DNA from: Selaginella moellendorffii
Lineage: Eukaryota; Plantae; Lycopodiophyta
NCBI RefSeq assembly: GCF_000143415.4
Contig: NW_003314269.1
Span: forward strand, 334,401 to 398,400
Direction: 5' to 3'
DNA length: 64,000 nucleotides
Shown piece after piece: positions 52,767 through 64,000 of the stretch. Each line of letters opens with the position of its first letter. Within the stretch, counting starts at the first letter, position 1. The notes beneath the pieces are model-generated. The model ran no database searches and was not told where the DNA came from. It saw only the letters and a program-made list of their open reading frames with translations. A program made the translations under genes and the position numbers.

Positions 52767-54258
52767 ATGGCGTCTCGAAGCGCCCGGCGAGCAGGGATTC
52801 GCTTGGCGGACCTTTTGCGAGGATCAATCACAGGCGCGAATGCTACTCCAGCTTCATCGAGCATGGCGATCGCGCCGGGGTAAGCTCGAGCTCATGCTAG
52901 CTATGTACATTTTCGCGAGAGAGAAATTTCAGCCCCCTTTTTGATGGTTTTGAGCTTCTTTTTCTCTCAGGGACATTGCTCCCCCTGGTGCTCGATTTGC
53001 TTCGACTCAAGTTTGTAAGTCTTTTTTTTTTTGTTCTCTCGATCATGTTGCCCATGAATTTTTCTTTTCTTTGGTCAGTACGAAACCGAATGAAGAGTGT
53101 CCAGAGTATTCAGAAGATCACAAAGGCGATGAAGATGGTTGCTTCGTCTAAGTTGAGGCAAGTGCAAGCCAGGGCAGAGAAATCGCGTGGAGTGTGGCAG
53201 CCATTCACAGCTTTGCTGGGTGATGCTCCAGGTATGCTCATCTTTTTTCCTTCTGCTACTTTCTTTTCTTTACTTGTTCTTTTGTTTTCATCGCAGATAC
53301 GTTCCCCAAAAAAACTGTTCTTCTGTGCATCACGTCCGACAGAGGTCTTTGCGGTGGTATCAATTCTTCCGTTGTTCGGTTTGGCAAAGCTATGCTCAAA
53401 GTCGCCAAAAACAATGGGGGTGAGAACTCTTTTCTTTCTGTGTTTACAGGCCTTAGTTGGTCGTCTTTTTGCAGGCGAGGACGCGAAGTTTGTTGTTCTC
53501 GGGGAAAAGGGGAAGGTCCAGATCCAGCGTGACTCGAAGCAATACATCTCACTAAATATCACGGAGCTAGTAAAGTATCCGCTAAACTTCACCCAGGTTG
53601 GTTGGCCTCGCAGGTTTACTAGAGGCGTGTCCTCACGTTTTTATGGGCTTTCCAGGTCTCCGTGATGGCGGACGAGATCTTGAAGAATGTGGAGTACGAT
53701 GCGATCAAGGTGATATTCAACAAGTTCGCCTCCATGGTGAAGTTCTACCCGAGTGTGACCACGATCTTGGCGCCGGGAGTTAAGTTGTATAATTTACGAT
53801 TTCCGTGCTCACTTCGTTTGATCTTCAGTCCATCAAAACATCGGAGACCGGTACACCTTCCGAGCTAGATCTTTACGAAATCGAAGGACCAGACAGCAAG
53901 GAAGAGGCTTTGCAAAACCTTAGCGAGTTCCAATTTGCTGCGGTATGAAAAAGCCTTTACGTTCTTTCTGGTTTGTTTTTCTCACCAAAGTGTACTTTAG
54001 GTGCTTTTCAACGCTCTGTTGGAGAATGCCTCCAGTGAGGAGAGCTCTCGCATGACGGCTATGGACAACTCCAGCAAGAACGCATCCGATATGCTCCAGA
54101 AGCTCACGCTCAAATACAACAGGTATGAGATCAGGAAAAGCTTCGATCGGTTCTCTAAGCTTCCATTTTTTTACTTCTCTAGAACTCGTCAAGCATCCAT
54201 CACGACAGAGCTTATCGAGATTATCTCCGGTGCCGCGGCGCTGGAAGCAGCGAAGTAA
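52767..54258 (+). CDS. ATP3: Mitochondrial F1 ATP synthase gamma subunit
   Basis: Arg-rich presequence; [21 protein letters not shown]; [12 protein letters not shown]; [13 protein letters not shown]; [18 protein letters not shown]. Confidence 0.95.
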
Positions 54259-54768
54259 AACCAGAAGAAAGAAATTCTCGCAAAGAACAAGCTGGGAGAG
54301 ATTTTGCAAAGACTGCTGCGCTGCTCGAATAAGAAGAGAGAAGAGAATGAGAGACAAGAGAATAAGTCGAGGCGATTGATCGAACCGGACAGTGGTAGGC
54401 TGTGCTTGCTCGCTTGGTTTACATTTTTTTCTTTTCTTTGCTCTTGGAATTCGTCTTGGAAGAAGGCGAAGAAGAAGAAGCGCTCAAATGGTGATGACAA
54501 ACTTTCAAACCGGATAAAAGGAGATAGGCCAAGTAATCGCTCTTGTGGCATTCTAGACGATCGATCGATTTTAGCGCCATCGCTGGAGGAGTGAGGGCGG
54601 CAGGAGTGGCGGCGCTGGCAGCGGCATGAGCCACAACCGGTGCGTGTTCTTTCTTTCTTGAGCTAGGGTTTTGGCAATTCCTCTTCTTTCTCGCCTGTTC
54701 TATCGAAATCTCGGCGCCCTGACGATGATTCCTCGTGGCAGGATCCGGGATTTCCTTCTGGCCGAGCG

Positions 54769-56022
54769 ATGACCAATGCCTGGGACGAGCAAGCAACGAG
54801 CTCGCGCATCCAGCTCGGGGATTTGCACGCCACCGCCGATCCAGAGGTAGAGGAGGATCACAACAGCGACGAGGGAGGAGGAGTAGTGGAATTCTCCAGG
54901 CCAGGATCGTCAGGGGAGAGGGGATTGTCGACGAAGAAGAAGGAGCTGCGAAGGGTGTGGAGGCAGGAGTGGAAGGCCAAGCACAAGTGGGTGTATCCCA
55001 TCAAGAACAGCGAGGGCGAGCTCCGGCTCAAGTGTACGTGGTGCACGTACTACAACATGGACAATGTGTACGCGCGGGAGGGGTGTAGCACCATCCAGAT
55101 GAGCGCGCTCAACACCCACGCCAAGTCCGAGGCGCACAGGGCCGCCGAGAGCCGGATTTGCGTCCCCGCCTCGCTCGCTCTCCCCGACGCCCTCTACGAT
55201 GGTAACTTGATCTTCCTCCTTGCATTGCATTGCATCGTTCTCTTGGTTTGATCTCACGCTAGCTTTCTGGAAGGGAATTGGAGTCTTCCTTCCCGGGAAG
55301 TTCTCTCCCGACGCACGCCCTCTACGATGGTAACTTGTTCTTCCTCCTTGCATTGCATTGCATCGTTTGGTCTCACGCTAGCTTTCTGGGCGAGATGGGA
55401 ACTTGGAGTGAGCTCTTCCTTCCCGGGAAGTTCTTTCTCGACGCCCTCTAGCGTGATCTCTCCCTGCATTTTGCATTGCATCGTTTGATCTCACGCTAGC
55501 TTTCTGGAAAAGATGGGGACTTGGAGTCTCTCTCGGGAGGGGAAGTGCTTGCATCTCTTCGTTTTCGAGAGTTTCGATCGAGCGAACTCACTCACTTGCG
55601 ATGCTTTTGTGCCAGGATCCAAGAATGGAGCCGACTCGGACGGGCTGGACGACGTTCCCGGGGTGAAGAAGCGGCGCTTCTCCACGAGCCCGGTGAATGG
55701 TGGCGGCGGTGCGAGCTCCCCCCCCTCCACCAGGGCCGAGGTGCTGGGACTAATCATGCACAAGAACAACAGCCGGGTGGTGCAGCTGCTGGTGGACGCG
55801 GAGAGCGGGCGGAACGCGCGGCACGCGACGAGCGTGGCGCTGGCCAAGAAGCAGCTCAAGCTGGACGAGCGGCGGCTCCAGATTGAGCAGCACCTGCTGG
55901 AGCAGGACAGGGCGCGGCTAGAGGCGCACGTCCGCCTCGGCCAGAGCTTCATCGCCGCGCTCACCGACATTGGCGACGGGCTCAAGCGCATCGGCAATGC
56001 AATGGAAGCGGCAAAGACGTAG
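54769..56022 (+). CDS. TTF-type (hAT-related) zinc-finger protein with C-terminal coiled coil; exons 54769-55201 and 55616-56022
   Basis: RVWRQEWKAKHKWV...CTWC...LNTHAKSEAH; KKRR NLS-like motif; in-frame phase-1 GT-AG intron. Confidence 0.7.
55187..55560. repeat. About three diverged ~125-bp tandem repeats spanning the exon 1/intron junction
   Basis: ACGCCCTCTA...TTGCATTGCATCGTT...TCTCACGCTAGCTTTCTGG recurs three times. Confidence 0.85.
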
Positions 56023-56492
56023 TTTGAAGAACCCTAAATACAGAGTTCCCGCGATTTCCGGAAGAACCCTAATCTTGCCGAAGAGCCCTAATTTTGTCCG
56101 AAAAACGAAAAACAGGGGAGGGGTGTTGGAAATGTCTTGTCCGAGCGTGATGTCAGGAATGAGCGTGCTGCGTGCCTCGGGGCGTTTCTCGGACAACCCG
56201 AGATTTGATAAATTGGAAGAAATGCGCGCGGTACATCCTTTAACCTAAGCGTGTGGTATTTAAGTGCGCTCGATCGAGATATGCGTTCTTCTTCGGCTGC
56301 GGTGCTGCGCTGTGAGTGACGCGATTTCTTCCATCCCATTCCATTGTACAGATGCTCTGAGCGAGATTGGTCGTCGCGTCGCGTCGCGTCGCTTTCTTCC
56401 TCATTCATTCCTCTGCGTTCATGTTGCTCAAGCGCTATAAGAGTTTTCATGGTCTCTTGTATAGCTTCCATCGTCTTCTTCATCCAGCTCCA

Positions 56493-56993
56493 ATGGCTTC
56501 TTCGAGCGTTTTGATGGCCTCTCTCTTGCTCCTCTCCTTGATCGCCGCGGCTACCACGGCCACTCAATCGTCCATCCAAGATGGTGATCTTCATCAGGTC
56601 CGACGGAGTCTTGACGATCGTGGCTTTGTCCATTCTCTTCTTGACGATGCTATGTCCCATCCTGAAGTTCCACCTTCGGCTCGCGGAGCTACTCGAGCAC
56701 CAGCTCCACTACCATCGTTTGCTCATCATGATCATCCGTGGTCAGCTCCTCGATCGTCAGCAAGCTCTCAGCTCCAGAGGTCGGAGACCATGACCGCGGA
56801 CACCGGTGCCGACTACTACGAGCCCCCGAACGGCGATCGCCGCGGCGGCTTCTCGGATGGTTTTGATCCGTCCTACCAGTCGCCACCCTCGGCCGCTCGG
56901 GCCAGGCACCGCGTCCCAGTCTCGGGCAGCAACCCGGCCTCGGACAACGCTCGTGGTGTGGCCGCCTGGAAGCCGCCACTCGTTGGGAGCTAG
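56493..56993 (+). CDS. Secreted small-peptide precursor candidate (CLE/TDIF-like motif)
   Basis: Hydrophobic signal MASSSVLMASLLLLSLIAAATTA; intronless 166 aa; HRVPVSGSNPASDN near the C-terminus. Confidence 0.6.
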   Translation: MASSSVLMASLLLLSLIAAATTATQSSIQDGDLHQVRRSLDDRGFVHSLLDDAMSHPEVPPSARGATRAPAPLPSFAHHDHPWSAPRSSASSQLQRSETMTADTGADYYEPPNGDRRGGFSDGFDPSYQSPPSAARARHRVPVSGSNPASDNARGVAAWKPPLVGS

Positions 56994-57228
56994 CCAAGTT
57001 CTCGATTGGTCAATCCATCTATATAGAATGTTCGTTTGTTTCTAGATCTTCTCGAAGAGCTTTGTATCGTCTTCCCAAGAAATAGACTCCCATGCTACGT
57101 GCCAGCGATTTCTTGTCTTCTTCGCGGCGTACTGTTAGCTTTGTGGAATCCCTGCTGGCGAGATGTTGCAGAAAAAGCTTGACCTGGATGATCGCATCTT
57201 TCGTGTTTCTTGTGCACTCGATCGAGCG

Positions 57229-58611
57229 ATGGTGCAGCTCGAATCCGTGCAGCTCCTTCGCAGCCGGTTCATCCAACCAGCCGCTGCTGCCAGCGACATT
57301 GATCCTCCTACGCGCTACGAGCTCACGCCCTTCGATGGCATGATGAGAATCGCTCTCTACCAGAAGAGGATCCTCTTCTTCGAGCGCGGCGATTCTAGGA
57401 TGGATTTCGCGGCGGTGGTGGCAGCGCTCGAGGAGAGCTTGCGATGGGTGCTGGTGAGTTTCCGGCCGCTGTGTGGGCGTATGGTGGTCGATCAAGATCT
57501 TAGTAGCGGCCTCTGGATCGATTGCTCGGGCGAGACGAGCGTCCAGTTTGCAGAGGCACAGACGGCTGCGCGGCTGGAGGATCTGGGCGATTTCGAGCCC
57601 AGCGAGTTTTGCGATTCGCTGGTTGAGATTGGATGCTCTCCAAAGTACCCGTGGGATCCAAAGCTGCCATTGCTCTTTGTCCAGGTAAATGCTCTATCAT
57701 TTCCTTTGTGACCATCTTGATCTTGCTCACCAAGTTCCACGTCTATATAGGTGACGAGATTTGGCTGTGGAGGCATAAGCCTCGGAATCGCGTTTAGCCA
57801 CCAAACCATGGACGGCGTGAGCGCTTGGAACTTCATGAAGTCGTGGGCCGAGCGCGCGAGGAGCAGAGGAACCTCACCGCTCCCGCGAGTTTCTTGCTAT
57901 GCATACAAGTCTCCCATGCTCTCGGAGCGGCAACTAGAAGAAACGGCGCGAATGGGCGGCTTCGCACTCGGCATGGCCACCAAGAACACCATCAAGCCAA
58001 AGCTCGGCGTCAAGAAATTCAAAGCCACACGAGAAGCCATCCGAGCCTTGAAGACCTCTCTCCCGAGCTTCAGCTCCTTCGAGCTCGTGTGCGCGGACTA
58101 CTGGCGGAGGATGGTGGCGTCGGCGGTGGAGGCGGGGATTCTCAACGCCGACGAGTGCTACTTCGTGATCCTGGTCAACTGCCGGGGAAGGATCGCATCC
58201 ATGCCGGACTCCTACTTTGGAAACGGGATCACCGGCACCCGAGTCCGCGCCAATGTTTGCGAGCTCCTTGGTGGTGGTGGGATTTGCAACGCTGCTCGGG
58301 CGATCCACGAAGGGATTGCCGGACTGCGCGACGTCGAGGGATCCGTGCTGGTGATCAACAAGTTTGTGGAAGAGCTGGCGAGGAATGGTGCCGAGATTCC
58401 AGCGCACAAGCCGGGGCAGTCGGTGCTGGTGGTGAGCTCACCGCGCCACCCCATTTTCGAGTGTGACTTTGGATTTGGGAGGCCGGTCGGGGTGACTTTC
58501 GGGACGAACGACCTGGACGATTCCAAGCTCTACTTGTTCCCGGCGGCGGATGGGAATGGCATGGACGTGACAGTTTGTATGAGAGTCGAGGCGCTCGACA
58601 AGTTCGTGTGA
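57229..58611 (+). CDS. BAHD acyltransferase; intron 57685-57750
   Basis: HQTMDG (HXXXD), DFGFG, PLLFVQ|VTRFGCGG at the conserved intron position. Confidence 0.93.
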
Positions 58612-58843
58612 GTCTCAGCTCTGCACATTCTTCTTGTGCTCGCAATGCGCGAGCTCTTGATTGTTTTTTCTCAGTTGTCGATCAATTCTTCGTTTGGGCT
58701 GGAGGTTGGATTTGTTTCGCCAATAATTCTTCATGATCTCTTTGTTTCCTTGCGAAGACTTTGAAAATTTGACTCGCCAGTTAAAGTAGACTAATCACAG
58801 TGAAACAAATCGTCAGGCGCAACTTTCACGTATGCGACCAAAA

Positions 58844-59125
58844 CCTGATTAATCTTCAAGGAGTCTCCTTCGAGCAGGCGAGGATCTGCAGGGATGATGT
58901 CTCCAAACTTTATGGCTATGATGTCACCAGGAGTGAAGAACTTCGCTTCCATTTCTTTCCATTTCTCGTCCCTTAGAGCCTGCGCATGCACGAGTGACAA
59001 TCCTTGGGACAAAACAAGTCGCTAGCAGACCTTGCACTGAGGAGCCAACCGTGCCATCAAAGCAGCCGCTGCGTTTCCGGCATTGTTTTCTTCGAAGAAA
59101 CTTATCGTGGAGTTCACCAAACGAA
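58844..59125 (-). pseudogene. Intron-containing fragment of a plasma-membrane H+-ATPase (AHA)
   Basis: [29 protein letters not shown] | LRDEKWKE...[28 protein letters not shown]; GT-AG intron ~58980-59030. Confidence 0.85.
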
Positions 59126-59147
59126 GAATAATGGCGCGCAAGCCCGG

Positions 59148-59430
59148 GACCCCATGTTCGAGTGTGACTTTGGGCCGGTCGGGGTGACTTTCGGGACGAA
59201 TGACCTGGACGAATTCATGCTCTACTTGTTCCCGGCCGCGGATGGAAATGGCGTGGACGTGACAGTTTGTATGAGAGTCGAGGCACTCGACAAGTTCGTG
59301 AGTCTCGAAATTCGTCTTTTGCTCGAGCTCTTCGGTATTGTTCGTTTGAACTAGTGTTTCATCACCAAAAAAGTGTTTTTTCTTCATGATCTTGAGGAGA
59401 TCTCTCTCCATTGCGAAGACTTGAAAAATT
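59148..59430 (+). pseudogene. Partial copy of the BAHD 3' end and downstream flank
   Basis: Duplicates ~58450-58770; a 9-nt deletion changes DFGFGRPV to DFGPV. Confidence 0.85.
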
Positions 59431-59495
59431 GAAAACTTACCTCCGCGGCACGTAGAAATGGGTTCTAATTCAGCTGAAGAGCAAGCGTCCGAGAT

Positions 59496-61476
59496 TTACA
59501 AAGCGACTCTTTCCGCGTGGAGGATAAACTCGCAGTACAGATTCTTGAGAGCAGTGAGAACAGTCATCAAGAGCGGCCCCATGATCGCCCCCTGCAAAGC
59601 CAAAACCAAGACAAAAACCATGAGAAAAAACAAAGGGAGAAAGAGTAAAGCAAACCATTACCTCGAGCGCTGGAGAGAAGAGTGCCATCCCGCCAGCAAT
59701 GCTGAGCCCCGTCAAGTAAGCATTGTGTCCCGGGATCTCATCCTGTATCGCCCGGTTGCCAAAGTCAAGCACCAGACAATGAACAACTCCGAGCACCACC
59801 GCGGCAAGGTAGTCACCCTGTACGACGAGCTGCGCAGCCGCCGGGATGGAAGCAACGCCCAGCGGAAACACCGGCAGCACCGCGGTGACGATCGCCAGGA
59901 GCGTCGACACGTAGAGAAAATGGATGCCGAAAGCCCGGAAGAGCAACCACGTAAATGCGGCCTGGTAGAAGGCCGACTTGACGGTGGCCAGGAGGACGCT
60001 GCTCACAGCGCGGTTGAGCACGGTGGCCGATCGTATCCGCGCAGTCTCCGAGAGTGGAATCATCCCGAGCACCTGTTCCACCACCCCGCCCGACTGGGAC
60101 GTGATGAGATAGTAGAGCAGCGAGAAGAACACCGCGGCCTGCGTGAGAAAGTGGAAGATCCCCGCGGCACCGGAAGCGATGGAGCTCCCCACGGCCATGG
60201 CGATGGAGGTTCCACCATAGACGACGTGAGAGCCGCCGAGGAGGACTCTCTTGCCGATCTCCGCCCCAGTCTCGCTCACTTGCTTCATCCGATCTCTCAC
60301 GTCCTCGGGCTTGAGCTGGAGGTGGTCGAGCAGCAGCGAGAACACGGCCTCCAGCTCCGAGTAGAGTGCCTTGAGATCGTAGTCCCGGAGCAAGCTCCTG
60401 GCACGGTGGAGCCGGATGAGCACTGGATGCGAGGAGGTGGTGGTGGTGGTAACGTTGGCGGCGGCGATAGTAGCGGCGCCGCTCGCCTGGCGGCGTCCGC
60501 GAGCAAAGTTGACGAGGAACTCCTTCCCGGCGTCCGTGAACTCGGTGAGGTTGTACTGGACGCCGAAGGCATCGATGTGCTGGGACACCAACTCGTAGGC
60601 TGCGGAGGAGTGCTGCTCAATCGCCACCGTCACGTTGCTGTGCTCGAGCCACTGGCGGAGGCCGACCATCTCCGTGTAGTTGTGGCGCTGTACGTGGATC
60701 TTGAGCGCCACCGCCGCGTCCCGGGCCTCGAGGCCGGCCTTGTAGGAGAAGAGGACCAGCCCGGCCACCGAGACGAGGATCATGAGCATGATAAGCCCGA
60801 TTGCCACGATGGTTGGAAGCCTGGCCGCCAGGAATGCCGTGGCGTGCCTGTTAAGAGCTCTCGAGGCCCGGATGATCGGCCAGGACGCCCAGCCAAGCCA
60901 CTTCCTCGTCACAGTTCTTTGCTGCCTGGATGATCTCTTCACGTCCATGGCCACCGAAGAAGTTGGCGGGGATGGTGGCGATGGTGGCGGCGCGAAAGCT
61001 CCAAGCCTGGAAGCTCCAGCGTAGGCAGCCAAGCCAGTGGCGATGGCCGTGGCCAGCGACGCGACGCCGAGCTTGTCATAGCCGAGAGTTACCACCGCGA
61101 AAGCTAGCAACCACTGAAGGAGCTTGGAGAATCCAACCTTGAGAGGGAAGGCCTCGTGCCTCGCCAGGATCCAGAGGATGGTCGCTCGCAAATCCTCGAT
61201 TGTTCCAGCTAGACCCTTGCAAACCGCGAGCGGGATGGCGAGCAGCGTTTGGATGAGTCCCTGGCGGAGTGGAGCCTCCCAGAAGCGCACTAGACTTCCC
61301 TGGATCTCTCGCAGCGTAATGGAGCACAGCACGGCCCACTGGATTGGCTTCCAGAAATCCTTGAGCAGCAGTCCCAGGCCGTAGAGAGTGAGGATGAGCA
61401 GCAGCAATCCCGCGTGAGCCATGGCGATGTAGAGCGCGAGCTGGAAGTTCATGGCTTTGAGTTTGCTGGAATCCAT
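59496..61476 (-). CDS. TMEM245-like/AI-2E family multi-pass membrane protein; one 3' intron (~59593-59661)
   Basis: QLALYIAMAHAG, PIQWAVLCS, YLTGLSIAGG.., spliced GAIMGPLLMTVLTALKNLYCEF. Confidence 0.88.
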
Positions 61477-62336
61477 GGCCGGATCCTCCACACTCTTGGG
61501 TGGCTACGCCTCCAGCAGCAGTGGGGGAGCGAGAAACCATCAGCTCGCCACTAGCTCGAGCTGGGCATCCAATCCAGCGCAATTCTCCCCATTTTCCTTA
61601 CTGCCTTGCTTGGAATCGAAGCTCCCCACAAACATCTCTCTCCATGCAAGGGCTCGCTCCACAGGACCAAGAAATCTATCCACAGGACGGTCAAAGATTC
61701 CCACCTTCATTCCCTAAACAGCAATCCGCGATGTGAAGAACCCTAAAAATCGGGACAAGAGGAAGAACAAGGGGCTGGTGAGAAACGCTGTGTACAAGGC
61801 GCTCCACACACTCAAGGAGGGTCAGGTGGAAGACGAGGTCTACCAGCGGCAAACGTTTCGGCCCTGGACTCACGATGAATTTGCTTGCGACAAGGAGGCC
61901 TACTAGCTGTTTGTGGCGGCGATGGAGGAGGAGGAGCGGCCGCTCGGCCTGTGGGTGAAGCGATACACCGACGTGAACTACTTGGAGAAGCCGGGGTGGC
62001 AACACTATCCTTGCTCGCATTTTAGCGATAGCGGCCGGGAGTGGGTGTTTGGCAGGATTGGCATCGCAGACGAGGACGCTCAGGAGAGGATGTTTCCTTC
62101 ACTACTTTGCTGCGTTCTTGCGAATCGAGAATCGCGTCACACTCCTGGCACTGTGAGACAATCTTTTCTTTCACTCTTCTATTTTTCTTTCCTAGGTGTT
62201 TGTGACGGGCAACCGCGAGTTCCACGAGAAAGTTTTGCTGGACGAGGATCGCATGGGGGGCTGTTCGACTTCCTCCAGCTTTATCTCTTCTCGGAGCTTT
62301 ACTTTTACTTTCCTGTTTTGTCGTCTGGGTACTGTG

Positions 62337-62762
62337 ATGGAACTTAAGTCTCAACCGCGAGATCCTGGCAATGCAATCGAGCGATGGTTCTTGGATCTTG
62401 TGAGATCGTGCCGCGATCTCGCGGCGGCGGAGGCGATCCATTCGTGCATTGCGTTGGCGGGAAATGCGGGAGTGTGGGTATTGCGCGCCATGTCTTTGAT
62501 GGCATTCGCTACCCCTGTTCGATTCTCCTCTGCGCGTAGGTCTTTGATGCAAGCACGATCCCATCTGAATGCCAAACGCTTCTTCCAGATCGCGCCGGCA
62601 ACGAGTTTGACCTCCTGGAACACGCTCCTGTCTGCATTTGCCCAGTCCGGGAATCTTTCAGGGAATCCCTCTCAGGAGCCTTGGAATGCCATGCTGGCGG
62701 CATATTCCACCTGGAAGATGCTCGGAGAATCCAGGGTCTCTCTCACTACCCGGCCAGATTAA
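62337..62762 (+). pseudogene. PPR gene fragment
   Basis: LVRSCRDLAAAEAIH, AKRFFQ...SWNTLLSAFAQSGNL, WNAMLAAY; truncated. Confidence 0.6.
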
Positions 62763-63695
62763 AAATGTGATCCAGTAAGTTATCTAGTTGATTCTTTGCA
62801 ACTCTCAAATCTTCTTTCTTCTTCTTTATTTCTCTGTTCTTTAGATGGCCACCAGAGGTCTTGGAAGCCACACTGATAGTCCAAGTAAACCGAGTGTCCG
62901 AGAAAGAAATTATCGTTCCTATATCATCGATCGGGTCAGTGACATTGGCTTTCATTACAATGGTCTACTCATTTTCTGTAGAACACAGAGGGAATGGTGA
63001 CTGGATACGTGATATATTGTGTGAGGCTTGGAAAACTGATGCTGCCAACGGCGGACGTGTGAGAGTTGTGCCTGGAAAGCCTCCCATCCGGATCATCATG
63101 CTTGCCGGCGTAACAGAGCGTACTTTACCGATGGCCGCCTGCTTATAACAGGGATCTCTTTGCCGAGCAACATGAATACGCAAATATCAAGGTGCGTTTG
63201 CCAAGAATTTTTTTTTTTTTTCGGTCGGTAACAAAGTTTACATCAATGCTGGCTCATTGCTGAGCAATGTCGAAACTTGACTGATGATACGTCCTCATTA
63301 CTGGAGAAGACTTTTTCTGCTTTATGCTCCTCTTAGTAGATCTTCTGAGCGCGCCAAGATAACTAAAGCAGATGGGAATCGTTTGAGTGCCTGTTATCCT
63401 TGTTACCGCTAAAATAGTACCAATGGAGGTGTACATATCCAATACGCTGGATCGCAGCCCGACCTTGGATGCTGGATGTCCAATCCGGTGAGACTGGCGG
63501 GTCAGGTGACCTCGGGCACCCGACCCCTCAAGGCGCGAAGGTTAAAATTTTCGAAGTCTTCGCAATGGAAAGAAAGAGATCACGAAGAATTATTGGCGAA
63601 ACAAATCCAAGCTCCAACCCAAACGAAGAATCGATGGACAACTGAGAAAAGAGCTCGCGCTTTGCGAGCAAAAGAAGAATGTGCAGAGCTAAGGC

Positions 63696-64000
63696 TCACA
63701 CGAACTTGTCGAGCGCCTCGACTCTCATACAAACTGTCACGTCCATGCCATTCCCATCCGCGGCCGGGAACAAGTAGAGCTTGGAATCGTCCAGGTCGTT
63801 CGTCCCGAAAGTCACCCCGACCGGCCTCCCAAATCCAAAGTCACACTCGAAAATGGGGTGGCGCGGTGAGCTCACCACCAGCACCGACTGCCCCGGCTTG
63901 TGCGCTGGAATCTCGGCACCATTCCTCGCCAGCTCTTCCACAAACTTGTTGATCACCAGCACGGATCCCTCGACGTCGCGCAGTCCGGCAATCCCTTCGT
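63696..64000 (-). CDS. Second BAHD acyltransferase, 3' end (continues beyond the window)
   Basis: Near-identical reverse complement of 58307-58611; same C-terminal peptide including DFGFG. Confidence 0.88.
   Translation of the reverse strand, partial: EGIAGLRDVEGSVLVINKFVEELARNGAEIPAHKPGQSVLVVSSPRHPIFECDFGFGRPVGVTFGTNDLDDSKLYLFPAADGNGMDVTVCMRVEALDKFV

Noticed and set aside
59458-60933. 491-aa antisense ORF over the TMEM245-like gene (similar shadows over FAO and BAHD)
   Set aside because: Expected from high GC3 codon bias on the coding strand; no domain features.

Overview
Eukaryotic plant genomic DNA. Short introns (many ~50-70 bp), dense GC-rich genes and PPR fragments point to a lycophyte such as Selaginella (inference). 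The window has two domains. (1) 1-~33.1 kb is an AT-rich LTR-retrotransposon graveyard. It contains a four-layer nest: an old short-LTR Ty3/gypsy element (family G, 658-20932, 4-bp TSD GTAT) holds an old family-A element. That holds a tandem TRIM and a tandem family-B element, whose central LTR holds a young non-autonomous family-A element (5143-12552, TSD CAGTC). Solo LTRs and two more G copies follow. (2) ~33.2-64 kb is gene-dense: long-chain fatty alcohol oxidase, DUF1218, CRM-domain protein, class III peroxidase, two WAT1/UMAMIT transporters, FBS-type F-box, BIN4, PMT13/QUA3, mitochondrial ATP synthase gamma, a TTF zinc-finger gene, a secreted CLE-like precursor, an inverted BAHD pair and a TMEM245/AI-2E-like gene flanked by gene fragments. 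The most notable signal is a covarying AGGA-tetraloop hairpin 19-21 nt upstream of the LTR, immediately before the PPT, shared by three otherwise unrelated non-autonomous elements. All calls were made by eye with no database searches. Family names A, B and G are my own labels.
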